Source of the DNA: an uncultured Candidatus Saccharibacteria bacterium
Lineage (GTDB): Bacteria > Patescibacteriota > Dojkabacteria > GCA-016699595 > JBAXKR01
DNA: 64,000 nucleotides
Direction: 5' to 3'
NCBI GenBank assembly: GCA_964430225.1
Contig: CAYSFE010000001.1
Location: 11,820-75,819, forward strand
A program made the translations under genes and the position numbers. The notes under the pieces are model-generated. The model worked only from the letters and a program-made list of their open reading frames with translations. It made no database searches and was not told the origin of the DNA. Shown piece by piece: positions 54,904 to 64,000 of this stretch; positions within the stretch are counted from its first letter, which is position 1, and each line of letters begins with the position of its first letter.

Positions 54904-55092
54904 TTATATTCCGAATATCTTTCTTATTCCATCAAGTAGATCTATTCTTAAAAAGAAATTAACTACAAATAGAACAAAAGCTGCAAAGAATGCTAGCTTA
55001 AGAGTAAATTTTAAAACTTTAACGAATATACCAAAAGCAAGTACTGCTATGATCACGTATATGATTGTATTTGGATTACTAAATAGTTCCAT
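54904..55092 (-). CDS. Small membrane protein
   Basis: Two hydrophobic segments, 62 aa. Confidence 0.6.
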   Translation of the reverse strand: MELFSNPNTIIYVIIAVLAFGIFVKVLKFTLKLAFFAAFVLFVVNFFLRIDLLDGIRKIFGI

Positions 55093-55126
55093 ATATGTAT
55101 TTTAGTACAAAGAATGTACGAATGCA

Positions 55127-56158
55127 CTAGGGCTTTTGCATTGTATATGGAACTATACCTAATACATCTCTCACACTAGCTAAAAGAATTGATCTAAGCT
55201 CCATATTAATTTGGGGACTTAGTCTTCTTTTAACTTCTGTTGCTGTTTCAATAACTGCATCAAGTTCAGCTTTTAATGCTCTAAAATCTTTTCTATAGAC
55301 TAGAAAGCCTTTCATTGTTCTATCAACTCTTTCAGGATTTGTATCACCACTCCCTGAAAGTGTTACTTCTTGTATCCTATTATTACAAAGCTCACCTGTT
55401 CTAACCCAAATGTCCGGATCTAATACTTTCTTTAAACTTGCATTGGTAATTAATGGTCCATTAAAGATCACTGAAAAAAATAACTTTCCCTTTAAATCAC
55501 TTGGTTTAACTATTTTGTCTGGACTAATCGTAAATCTTTTAAATCTCTCTCCAAGAGCATCAATCCATCTTTCTACATATGCTCTACCAATTTCTTCTAA
55601 ACGATTTTCTACAAATTGAGCTTGTTCACTAAATCCATAAGACCTAAATAAATATGGAACTGAATTCTCAGTAGATCCTAACATATCAAATAATGTTCGC
55701 TCATGCTGTCTATATTCAGGATCTGCATTTTCAGGTCCTAATACTTGCATATAATAACCATTTGCGTCTATTGGATGAGCTGCATTATCGAAATCACTTA
55801 ATGGAAAGAAATAGGGAGTTTCTTGCTTCATAAATCCAGTTTGGTCTTCCACCTTTACCTGCGACCAATTTGACGTATTATCAAGTAAAGTTAAACTTGA
55901 GTCCATTAATTGATCTTTTGTAAATTCTCCTTTTAGAAAACGTACTGCATAATCAGTCCTAACAAGCTTAGTACCTTTATCTACGGGTCTATTAATCCCA
56001 ATTCTTGTATACCCTGATAGTAATCTTTCTATTTCTATATTTAAACCGCCATTCCACTTTTTATTTAAGTGTTCTCTAATAGTTGCTTTTAAACCTTCTT
56101 GAAATGCTGTTCTTGTTTCTGGTGTTTGAAATAACCGTGGTTCATCTAATATTGTCAT
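55127..56158 (-). CDS. Hypothetical protein
   Basis: 343-aa ORF. Confidence 0.6.
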   Translation of the reverse strand: MTILDEPRLFQTPETRTAFQEGLKATIREHLNKKWNGGLNIEIERLLSGYTRIGINRPVDKGTKLVRTDYAVRFLKGEFTKDQLMDSSLTLLDNTSNWSQVKVEDQTGFMKQETPYFFPLSDFDNAAHPIDANGYYMQVLGPENADPEYRQHERTLFDMLGSTENSVPYLFRSYGFSEQAQFVENRLEEIGRAYVERWIDALGERFKRFTISPDKIVKPSDLKGKLFFSVIFNGPLITNASLKKVLDPDIWVRTGELCNNRIQEVTLSGSGDTNPERVDRTMKGFLVYRKDFRALKAELDAVIETATEVKRRLSPQINMELRSILLASVRDVLGIVPYTMQKP

Positions 56159-56205
56159 TTTAAGTAATATTGATAAATATAGGCGAAATTATATCATACT
56201 AAGGG

Positions 56206-58038
56206 TTATTCATATCCCTTAGCTTGTAACTTAAACATAGTAGAGTATAGTCCATTATTGTTTAATAGTTTCTCATGTGTACCTTCTTCTGTAATCTTTC
56301 CTTTGTCTATTACTAATATCCTATCTGCCATTCTTACTGTAGAGAATCTATGTGAGATAAAGATAACAGTCTTACTCTTTATCTTTCCCTTTATAGTTTC
56401 AAATATTTCTGATTCAGCTTTAGCATCTACTGCACTCGTAGGTTCATCCATTATTACTAGTCCCGAGTCCCTATAGAATGTTCTTGCTAAGGCTATTCTT
56501 TGATGTTGACCTCCAGAAAAATCTACTCCATTAAAATCTCTTCCTATTGGTTCTTCATATCCCTTCTTATTACTTAAGATAAACTCTTCTGCTTTTGCAT
56601 CTCTTGCTGATTCCTTTACTTTTTTATTTTCAGGATCTACGTCTTTTAGAAATCTATTTACATCACCAATTCCAATATTTTCTTTTACTGTTAACACATC
56701 AAAAGTAGTAAAGTCTTGAAGTAATACTGAACACTCTTTCCTCCATGTTTCTATATCTATTGTCTTTATGTCTATTCCATTTATTAATACTTGTCCTTCT
56801 GTGACATCATAGAATCTAAGTATTAATTTCACTAAGGTAGATTTACCAGCTCCATTCTCTCCAACAATAGCTACAGTTTCAGCCTTATCTATCTTAAGAT
56901 TAAAATCTTTAAGAATATATTTCTCAGTATCAGGATATTTAAAAGATACATTTTTAAACTCAATAGATGGGGGAGTATCTATCTTCATAATTGGATTTTC
57001 AATATTTAGCACTTTATTCTTTATCCCAAACATTTCAAATACTTTCATTACATATTTTGTTTGAGCTAAAGCAGATGTTAAATCTTGAAGTAATTGAGAT
57101 ATTCTATCTCTAAAGAATATTAAGTTAAAAAGTGTAAATGAAATAGCTCCTATTTCAATCTTACCTAAGAAATATTGATTAACAAGATAGTAAAGAGCAA
57201 TCCCATTTACAAATACTGGTATAAGGTCAGCTATGATAGTCCACTTAAGCTTATTAAATAGAATTCCCTTTTGTTTCTTAATTACAGAGTCATATAGATT
57301 AAAAAGTTTAGACTGTAAAAATTCTCCAATTCCAAGCAACTTAATATCTTTAATAGTATTTACACTTTCATTGTAATGAATCAAAGTTCCATATCTTCTT
57401 GTAATATTTGCATCTAGGGACCATATACCCCACATAGCATTTTCAGTTTTTGAATTTACTATTATCCTAGGTATTATGCTAACAGCAACAAGTAAAGAGA
57501 ATATAGGTTGAACAAGAAAGATAGCTAGACCAGAAGAAAATGCTCCTATAAGATCATAAAGTGAATCCCAACTAAATCTTAATACATCTGATGGTCTCCA
57601 TTCATGTCCCTCTTTAGCATTACTAATTAGGTCAGCATATTTTGAGTTTTCATATATCTCAATATCAAGAGAAACAAATTTCTTTAAAAATGCTTTTAGG
57701 AAATACTCTGTCATATCATACCTATATGCCATATCTGTAATACTATTCTTAATAGTAAGCATAATACTATCTAGGAATGTTAATACGGGATACATAAGTA
57801 CAAGTGCTAATATCTTTTCAGGTTCAGGTTTCTCTCTAACTAAAGTAGATAGTATATTAGTAAATACAAGAATAGATAAAGTAGGAGCAATTGCAGCAAG
57901 TATCGTAGAAAAGAGAGCCACAAAAAAGTACTTCTTATTTATATCAAAAGCTAATTTTAAAATCTTGAAAATAACCATTATCAATGATAACAGTGTGATA
58001 GAGGGAGATACAATAGGAGAGAGAGAGTTATAAGTCAC
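56206..58038 (-). CDS. ABC exporter, fused permease/ATP-binding
   Basis: TM domain, GENGAGKST, FSGGQ, MDEPT, SHR; exact start uncertain. Confidence 0.93.
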   Translation of the reverse strand: MTYNSLSPIVSPSITLLSLIMVIFKILKLAFDINKKYFFVALFSTILAAIAPTLSILVFTNILSTLVREKPEPEKILALVLMYPVLTFLDSIMLTIKNSITDMAYRYDMTEYFLKAFLKKFVSLDIEIYENSKYADLISNAKEGHEWRPSDVLRFSWDSLYDLIGAFSSGLAIFLVQPIFSLLVAVSIIPRIIVNSKTENAMWGIWSLDANITRRYGTLIHYNESVNTIKDIKLLGIGEFLQSKLFNLYDSVIKKQKGILFNKLKWTIIADLIPVFVNGIALYYLVNQYFLGKIEIGAISFTLFNLIFFRDRISQLLQDLTSALAQTKYVMKVFEMFGIKNKVLNIENPIMKIDTPPSIEFKNVSFKYPDTEKYILKDFNLKIDKAETVAIVGENGAGKSTLVKLILRFYDVTEGQVLINGIDIKTIDIETWRKECSVLLQDFTTFDVLTVKENIGIGDVNRFLKDVDPENKKVKESARDAKAEEFILSNKKGYEEPIGRDFNGVDFSGGQHQRIALARTFYRDSGLVIMDEPTSAVDAKAESEIFETIKGKIKSKTVIFISHRFSTVRMADRILVIDKGKITEEGTHEKLLNNNGLYSTMFKLQAKGYE

Positions 58039-58237
58039 CTATCACTTGAAGAGGATGATTAGCATTAATATCTTGGATAGATTCAGGGGTTATTTCATGA
58101 TTTGGAAATAATATACTTCCCACTGCTAAGCCTAAGTCAGGATTTACATTTGGTCCCAAATCACTTTCTCCATCAGGGATAGATGAATTACCTTCATCCT
58201 GAACAATTGATTCCAATAAATGATCTGTACCCTCCAT
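58028..58237 (-). CDS. Small acidic hypothetical protein
   Basis: 69-aa ORF in a same-strand run. Confidence 0.45.
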   Translation of the reverse strand: MEGTDHLLESIVQDEGNSSIPDGESDLGPNVNPDLGLAVGSILFPNHEITPESIQDINANHPLQVIGDL

Positions 58238-58257
58238 ATTACTTCTGTCCTATTAAA

Positions 58258-58470
58258 CTAAGGCTTTATTATTAGTGTAACTCCTGGCAAATTAATAAAT
58301 ATTATATCTCCTGTAGCTTTTTTTAGGGTAGTTCCTATAGCTTCTTTTACTCCTTCAGCATTCACTTCTTTGTTAACTGGAGTGTCTTCTTGAACTTGAG
58401 GAATACCTGTTTCAATTCCAGAAGGAGTATTAGGTTTTCTTACTTTTCTTCTTAATGCAGGTTTCGGCAT
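58258..58470 (-). CDS. Small hypothetical protein
   Basis: 70-aa ORF in a same-strand run. Confidence 0.45.
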   Translation of the reverse strand: MPKPALRRKVRKPNTPSGIETGIPQVQEDTPVNKEVNAEGVKEAIGTTLKKATGDIIFINLPGVTLIIKP

Positions 58471-58490
58471 AAAATATACTTAAAAAATTA

Positions 58491-58724
58491 TTATGTACCT
58501 CCTCCCCCAAATCCTGCTGGCTTCTGGGTATTTGGCCCACTTCTTTTTTGAAGAGCTCTAGCAAATCTATTCATACTCTCCTCATCTTTTCCTGGAAATA
58601 ATTCATGCTGTAATCTTTTAAGATCCATAGGTTTTCCATCAGCATCTATTTTTGGCATAACAGGTGGATTACTAGGATCTCCAACATAGTCTGCTGCTTC
58701 TGCTTCAGGTATTTCTTCTGACAT
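58491..58724 (-). CDS. Small hypothetical protein
   Basis: 77-aa ORF in a same-strand run. Confidence 0.5.
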   Translation of the reverse strand: MSEEIPEAEAADYVGDPSNPPVMPKIDADGKPMDLKRLQHELFPGKDEESMNRFARALQKRSGPNTQKPAGFGGGGT

Positions 58725-58766
58725 GTTTAATTTCTTAAAAAATAATATAAAAAGTATACTCTTTCC

Positions 58767-59288
58767 CTATTTCATCACAATCTTTTTGTATCCCCATTTG
58801 TTTAGGTCTTTCTTTAAGTCATTGTAAGACTTAGAACAAAGTACTCCTCCCGCTATGAACTTCTCTTGGGTAATATCTTCTAAACAAAAATCTGGTTTTT
58901 TGAAGTTATCTTTTTCTTTTCTTGTCTTAAATTCAAAGTCTATTAATACTAGACCTTTAAGGTCTCCTTGAAATACATCTATCTCAACGGGCTGATCTTT
59001 AAATGTGTAGTAGTATCTTTTCTTTTTGATCGTCTTTCCCTTTATCTTACTTAATGCCATATATTCAGATTCTTTTAAGGATATTGTTTGTTCGAGTTGG
59101 ATGGAAGAGTCTTTTCCCTTAAGTGGTTCTTTCTTTGTTATCTCATACTTATCTCCACTCTTACGTATTCTTAGAGTTAGGTGGTCACTACCATTAGGGA
59201 CATATATGTCTACAATCTCTTTGAATTTAGTTCTGTCTAAATCCCTAGGTAAATATTTAGCTAAGTATGTTAGCTCAAGTTCTATCAT
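58767..59288 (-). CDS. CYTH-domain (triphosphate tunnel) protein
   Basis: IELE, LRIRK, TKK, IKKKRY, EIDVF.G.L.GL..IDFEF. Confidence 0.88.
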   Translation of the reverse strand: MIELELTYLAKYLPRDLDRTKFKEIVDIYVPNGSDHLTLRIRKSGDKYEITKKEPLKGKDSSIQLEQTISLKESEYMALSKIKGKTIKKKRYYYTFKDQPVEIDVFQGDLKGLVLIDFEFKTRKEKDNFKKPDFCLEDITQEKFIAGGVLCSKSYNDLKKDLNKWGYKKIVMK

Positions 59289-59782
59289 GCAATTAAACTA
59301 AAAAGTAGTACTGAGAATGATACTACAAATATTTCAGATATTAAAACACCATTCTTAAGGGAGTAGTGAACAATACCTCTTAAATTTAAATCTTGTTCTT
59401 TAACTAGTTTAGTAAATGAAAATTCATGTGTAGAGAAAGGCATGAATAGGTATAGCCCGGCTCTGACCCCAAAGAGATCCATAAAAAGATGAACAGCACA
59501 AAGACAAAGGATGTACTTAAGATAGAATAGATCTATCCTTAAAGTAGTTTCTAAAAATACTATTATCATGGCAATAAAAATATATACAATAGGGTAGTGG
59601 GTAATATCTTTATGATGATTTAGTAGGTTCCGATAGAGCATATTAATATCAGGAAGATTTGAAAATACTGCTGAGAATAGACAAATATCTCCTAGGTTAA
59701 CAGTACTTGAAACATTTGGATTAAAGTTCCAAAGTGTAGCTCCAATAGCTACTCCTACCATAGTGTGTGTAAGTGTTGTCAT
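59285..59782 (-). CDS. Membrane-bound metal-dependent hydrolase (YdjM-like)
   Basis: TH, LPDI, HKDITH, HLFMD. Confidence 0.8.
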   Translation of the reverse strand: MTTLTHTMVGVAIGATLWNFNPNVSSTVNLGDICLFSAVFSNLPDINMLYRNLLNHHKDITHYPIVYIFIAMIIVFLETTLRIDLFYLKYILCLCAVHLFMDLFGVRAGLYLFMPFSTHEFSFTKLVKEQDLNLRGIVHYSLKNGVLISEIFVVSFSVLLFSLIA

Positions 59783-59899
59783 ATATTTTGTTAAAAGATC
59801 TTTTAACCTTACTATATTCCTACACTTTTTTCCATCTGCTTTTCCTTTAACTTAAAATACTGTAGTGTATATATGTATAAATATTAAGATTTTTGTTCT

Positions 59900-60280
59900 A
59901 TGTCTAGACGTAAAAGTATACTTGAATTTAATGCAAAACGAACCCTTCCTGAGAGATTTGCAGATGAAGTTTCCTCATTTGTAGGTAGTTGGAAATTCAT
60001 AGTTTACCAAACTATCTTCATAGTTATCTGGGTAGGATTAAACTCATTTATTCTCTTAGCAGAAAAATTTGATCCATATCCTTTCATATTCTTAAACCTC
60101 ATACTCGCCCTATCTACTGTATATCTCACTCCTTTAATCATGATGAGTCAAAACAGACATGAAGCAAGAAACTCTGTAAGGGATGATGAAGATTTAGAAG
60201 CAGATTTAAGAGGAGAAGCTAATACAGAAAAGATATTAAAAGAGTTAAATGAAATTAAGAAACAACTTGAAAAAAGGTAG
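59900..60280 (+). CDS. DUF1003 membrane protein
   Basis: AD.V..FVGSWKF, FDPYPFIFLNL, PLIMMSQNR. Confidence 0.93.
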   Translation: MSRRKSILEFNAKRTLPERFADEVSSFVGSWKFIVYQTIFIVIWVGLNSFILLAEKFDPYPFIFLNLILALSTVYLTPLIMMSQNRHEARNSVRDDEDLEADLRGEANTEKILKELNEIKKQLEKR

Positions 60281-62612
60281 TATTTTAGTATTACTAGTTT
60301 TTGGAATTTTCTTTTTTAGCTTCTCAAGTGTAGAAGCACAACAGTGTCAACCAGGTGGAGGGTGTAATTGTCCAGGAGGATGTGGACAAGCTATATATCC
60401 TCCAGATAGACAAGAATATTGTCCTTGTGGAGATTGGTCATGTTGTGGAGGAGGGGGAGGAGGACCATCAAATAACTTTTCATGTTTAAATAATACATGT
60501 CGAGATGTAGGGAATGGAGACTATTCAAGTAATAGCTGTAATGGTAATTGTGGGATAAGGTGTACTCTAACTCCAGTTGGATCTTCTAACTCAGCATCAA
60601 GAGCATCAAATACAAGAAGTTGTGATATAGGTTTAGGTGTAGGAAATCCAAATAATCCATCATCATACAAAATTGAGTGTAGTGCTGAAGGAAATACAGA
60701 GGGATACGTAAGGAATTGGCAGTTTAGTGAAATATCTAGTGATAACGTAGGAAAGAGAGAATGTAACTTCTCATCTAACTCAACTCCAACATGTCCTGGT
60801 GTATTTAGAGAAGGAGGAAACATTACAATGACATCTAATACTTCTACTAATGGGAATAAAAGTATATTTAGTGCTGATGTAAATATTACATGGCCTGAAG
60901 GTATTGAGTATAGTTTCAATCCCATAAAATTCATGATTACTGATAAACCTGAAAGATGTACCGTAGAAAATTCTAACTGTAAATTACTTACTAGTGTACA
61001 AATAGTAGATACAAAGGGACCGACACTAAGTCGTAATTTTGAAATAGAAAGTGCAAGTAGTTTCATAGTGGAATATAAAGCTAGTGATGCTAGGGATATT
61101 AAATCACACTCATACTTCTGTGGACCAGGTGCTTACTCAGAGGCTACAGGAGGGACATATACTCCTGGAACATATCCATTTGTATCAGAATATCGTCAAG
61201 ATGAAAGTACAGTAATGACTGGTTATCCTGGATCAAATTTTGTAACTAACTATCAAACAGATCCATCATCATCACTTTTCTCTTGTCCTAATGTAAATAG
61301 CACATCAACTTCATTTAATGCTTTGGGAAATAATAGTGCTAACTTCTATCAAAAGAGAACATTTAGTGAAAGTGGAACAGCTGAAGGTAAAACTTTAAAG
61401 GTAACAGGAAATACTGATAGTAGAAGAATAAAGTATTCACTTAAAGATGTGTTTAGTGGACAAGCTAAACCTGTGGAAATTGGATTTGGTAATGGTAAAG
61501 ATGGTTCTGAGTTTGGTAAATGGTACGCTGAAGATGCATGGTGTAATGTAAGCTCAGATCAACTTCCTAAAGGTGTGACTGTCGGTAATCCATGGCTACA
61601 AACAAAAAATGGAAACACATATGTAAAAGGAAAAACAAATAAGTCCTCCCTTAACTATACTATTAATAGAATTACTCCAACATGTACTTCATATTTCACC
61701 TCACAGTCAGGTAAACAAGCATGCCCAGAAAGAAATGATGACTTTGGATCAACATATCTTTTTTCAAGTAAAGAATATTCTACAGGACCACTTCCAAACT
61801 CAATATATACTTCTAAAAATGGCATGAAGGCAACAGACTATGAAAGAGAAAATCTAACTAGTATGTATGACAAAGTAACAAAGATGGTTTCTGATAGCAT
61901 GGAGAAATCATCTTCACCCCTCTTATCTGACTCAACATGTATAGGGGACACAAATGATGGGAACTTAAGAGTGTATAACATACTTTCTAGTGTGTCATAT
62001 AACACTAATACCGGAAATCTTTTATCTCTACTTAAATCAAGTAGTGTTTCTGATTCAACAAGATCAAAGTGTACAACAGGTATGCAAGCATACTTCATAA
62101 AAGGAGACCTTAATCTTGATGGTAGTTTCACTGTAAATAATCCTGGAATCGTATTAGTTAGTGGAAATATAAATATTAACGCGGATATTAAAAAGCTTGG
62201 TGGAGCTGGAGTAAATAGTAGGGGACTCATACTGATTTCTCGAGGAAATATTAATATACTTCCATCTAGCTATAAATCAATAAGTAACAGAAAAGTAGAA
62301 GCTAATGAATTTGAATATCCTCTTTACGATACTATTGAAGCATTTCTAATTTCAGATGGGAGAATATCAACAGTAAAAGATATAGGAACAAATTTAGTAA
62401 ATGATGGACTTAAGATATTTGGTGGAGTAGTTCAAAGTGGGACTAGTATTCAAGACGATAACTATGATCCTTCATTTAATAGGGATCTTGTATTACTTCA
62501 AAACTTAATAGCTCCAAGTGAACAAATTGTATTTGATCCAAGTATAGAAGATATATTTAGTAGTGTACTTTATTCAAAAGGAATTCTATTCTCAATACGT
62601 GAAAGTAAATAA
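60249..62612 (+). CDS. Large secreted Cys-rich surface protein, probable pilus-locus adhesin
   Basis: Signal peptide (VEA-QQ), Cys/Gly-rich N-terminus, C-terminal PWLQT..G, VSGNINI, L.IFGG, RDL..N..PSE...FDP. Confidence 0.65.
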   Translation: MKLRNNLKKGSILVLLVFGIFFFSFSSVEAQQCQPGGGCNCPGGCGQAIYPPDRQEYCPCGDWSCCGGGGGGPSNNFSCLNNTCRDVGNGDYSSNSCNGNCGIRCTLTPVGSSNSASRASNTRSCDIGLGVGNPNNPSSYKIECSAEGNTEGYVRNWQFSEISSDNVGKRECNFSSNSTPTCPGVFREGGNITMTSNTSTNGNKSIFSADVNITWPEGIEYSFNPIKFMITDKPERCTVENSNCKLLTSVQIVDTKGPTLSRNFEIESASSFIVEYKASDARDIKSHSYFCGPGAYSEATGGTYTPGTYPFVSEYRQDESTVMTGYPGSNFVTNYQTDPSSSLFSCPNVNSTSTSFNALGNNSANFYQKRTFSESGTAEGKTLKVTGNTDSRRIKYSLKDVFSGQAKPVEIGFGNGKDGSEFGKWYAEDAWCNVSSDQLPKGVTVGNPWLQTKNGNTYVKGKTNKSSLNYTINRITPTCTSYFTSQSGKQACPERNDDFGSTYLFSSKEYSTGPLPNSIYTSKNGMKATDYERENLTSMYDKVTKMVSDSMEKSSSPLLSDSTCIGDTNDGNLRVYNILSSVSYNTNTGNLLSLLKSSSVSDSTRSKCTTGMQAYFIKGDLNLDGSFTVNNPGIVLVSGNININADIKKLGGAGVNSRGLILISRGNINILPSSYKSISNRKVEANEFEYPLYDTIEAFLISDGRISTVKDIGTNLVNDGLKIFGGVVQSGTSIQDDNYDPSFNRDLVLLQNLIAPSEQIVFDPSIEDIFSSVLYSKGILFSIRESK

Positions 62613-63603
62613 CTATAAAAAAGGATTTTCATTAATAGCTGTAATGATGATAGTAGCAATCATAGGTATACTAGTTACTTTAATAATTGCATCTACTGTA
62701 ACTGATACTAGAAAGCTTTTAGTAGAAACTTCTAACTTAAGAGCATACTCATTAGCCGAAAACTATTTATCCCAAATAGTATCTAATGATGACAATAAAG
62801 TATTTAGTGATGACCAAAAACTTAAAGACTCTTTTGGAAATACCTGTGAGATAAGGACTGCGGATAAAGATTTTGTATGTTCAGAATTAGGCAGTAATCA
62901 AGACTCACAAGCTATCTGTTCCATAGAATCATCTAAAAGTACATATTCTCTCAAAGTCCCAATAAATGATTCTTTAAAGTTAGGTCTTAAAGGAGCAGAG
63001 CCAACAAATGTAAATTCTTTCATCACTAAGATTGCATTTTCAAATGCAGATGGAGTAATGATCATACTTAAATATTTAGATGGAAGTGGAAGACTAGCAA
63101 ACTATAACTTCACAGTATTTAAAGACAATACATCATATATATTAGGAAACTCTAAAGTAGAGGGGAATAGATTTGTAAGTATAATAGATCCACTAAGTGG
63201 AACTGGATCATCCATAGTACTGTCCTCAGTTAAAGAGGGAAGTAGTACTTTCCTAGATATTGCAAATTCTTCGACTGGAGCATTTGAAATAAATATATAT
63301 AACTTAATAAAAAAGAATTTCATAAACGCATCTGTTTTAGAATCTCTTCAAATAATACCCATGAAGAATACACCCGGTACTGCTTTGTTATCAGTGGAAC
63401 TAGATAAATATCTACCAGCATATGAGTCTCAGTTTAATCTTTACAAGTGTAAGGGAAATGATGGAGGAGAAGGAAATACTTCAGGATTATCATCTGTAGA
63501 ACTTAATGTTTCAATCCCTAAAGAAAAATCTCCATTACCTATTCTTGACTATTCTCTTTACCTTACAGCACCAGAGAATAAAGAGGTATATTTAAGCAAA
63601 TAA
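62599..63603 (+). CDS. Type IV minor pilin/pseudopilin-like protein (PilX/GspK-type, no Glu5)
   Basis: KKG|FSLIAVMMIVAIIGIL prepilin site, RAYSLAE; start placed at GTG 62599. Confidence 0.75.
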   Translation: MKVNNYKKGFSLIAVMMIVAIIGILVTLIIASTVTDTRKLLVETSNLRAYSLAENYLSQIVSNDDNKVFSDDQKLKDSFGNTCEIRTADKDFVCSELGSNQDSQAICSIESSKSTYSLKVPINDSLKLGLKGAEPTNVNSFITKIAFSNADGVMIILKYLDGSGRLANYNFTVFKDNTSYILGNSKVEGNRFVSIIDPLSGTGSSIVLSSVKEGSSTFLDIANSSTGAFEINIYNLIKKNFINASVLESLQIIPMKNTPGTALLSVELDKYLPAYESQFNLYKCKGNDGGEGNTSGLSSVELNVSIPKEKSPLPILDYSLYLTAPENKEVYLSK

Positions 63604-63676
63604 GTCAAGTGGTAGGTTGCAAAATATCCCTAAACATACTAGCATTGATACACGTTAAATTAATTCTACCTGACTC

Positions 63677-64000
63677 ATGGAAAACAAAAAACAAGCAAAT
63701 ATTCTCGTTGTATTAGCAAGTGTAATAGTAGTCCTCATAGTAGCAATCATCGGAGGTCTATACTTCCTTAATCAAAAGACAGCAAATAGAGCTGGAGGTA
63801 ATAGCACTACATCTACATCTTCATCAACAATAAGTGAAGGAGCTTCTCAAACATCAGCATCAAGTACAAAGACAGCAATCACAAACGAAGAACTCGATAC
63901 CATACAAAAAGATACTACTGATGTAATAAACGCTGTAGATTCCACTTTAAAAGAAATAGATACAATAGATAAAACTAGAGATAATACTCCTAGCCTTTAA
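63677..64000 (+). CDS. Single-TM protein with Ser/Thr-rich linker
   Basis: N-terminal TM, STTSTSSST linker, stop at window end. Confidence 0.65.
   Translation: MENKKQANILVVLASVIVVLIVAIIGGLYFLNQKTANRAGGNSTTSTSSSTISEGASQTSASSTKTAITNEELDTIQKDTTDVINAVDSTLKEIDTIDKTRDNTPSL

Overview
AT-rich bacterial chromosome segment using standard code 11 (TGA is a stop, e.g. thrS). Gene content suggests a Patescibacteria/CPR organism such as Dojkabacteria or Microgenomates; this is inference from the reduced metabolism, pilin-locus surface proteins, many orphan ORFs and few Shine-Dalgarno sites. Housekeeping genes: rarA, clpP, tRNA-Val, thrS-infC-rpmI-rplT-pheS-pheT, a class A PBP, topA, clpC, purB-purA and tRNA-Ser. 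An accessory region at about 38.6-51 kb holds nucleotide-handling enzymes, rhuM, a Cas4/RecB-like nuclease, and a LexA-C5-methyltransferase fusion with a putative endonuclease beside tRNA-Ser. The best unannotated signals are: (1) rhuM bracketed by two 66-bp covarying repeats that each start at a stop codon; (2) a 29-bp palindrome inside rhuM with a non-coding, same-scaffold sibling just downstream; (3) a leaderless poly-Thr leader peptide with hairpin upstream of thrS; (4) a stand-alone ~105-nt structured RNA candidate at 30.6 kb; (5) a non-canonical GTP cyclohydrolase II-pyrF-gmk operon with a long leader; (6) CIRCE elements at both clpP and clpC. All calls come from reading motifs by eye; no searches or folding programs were run.
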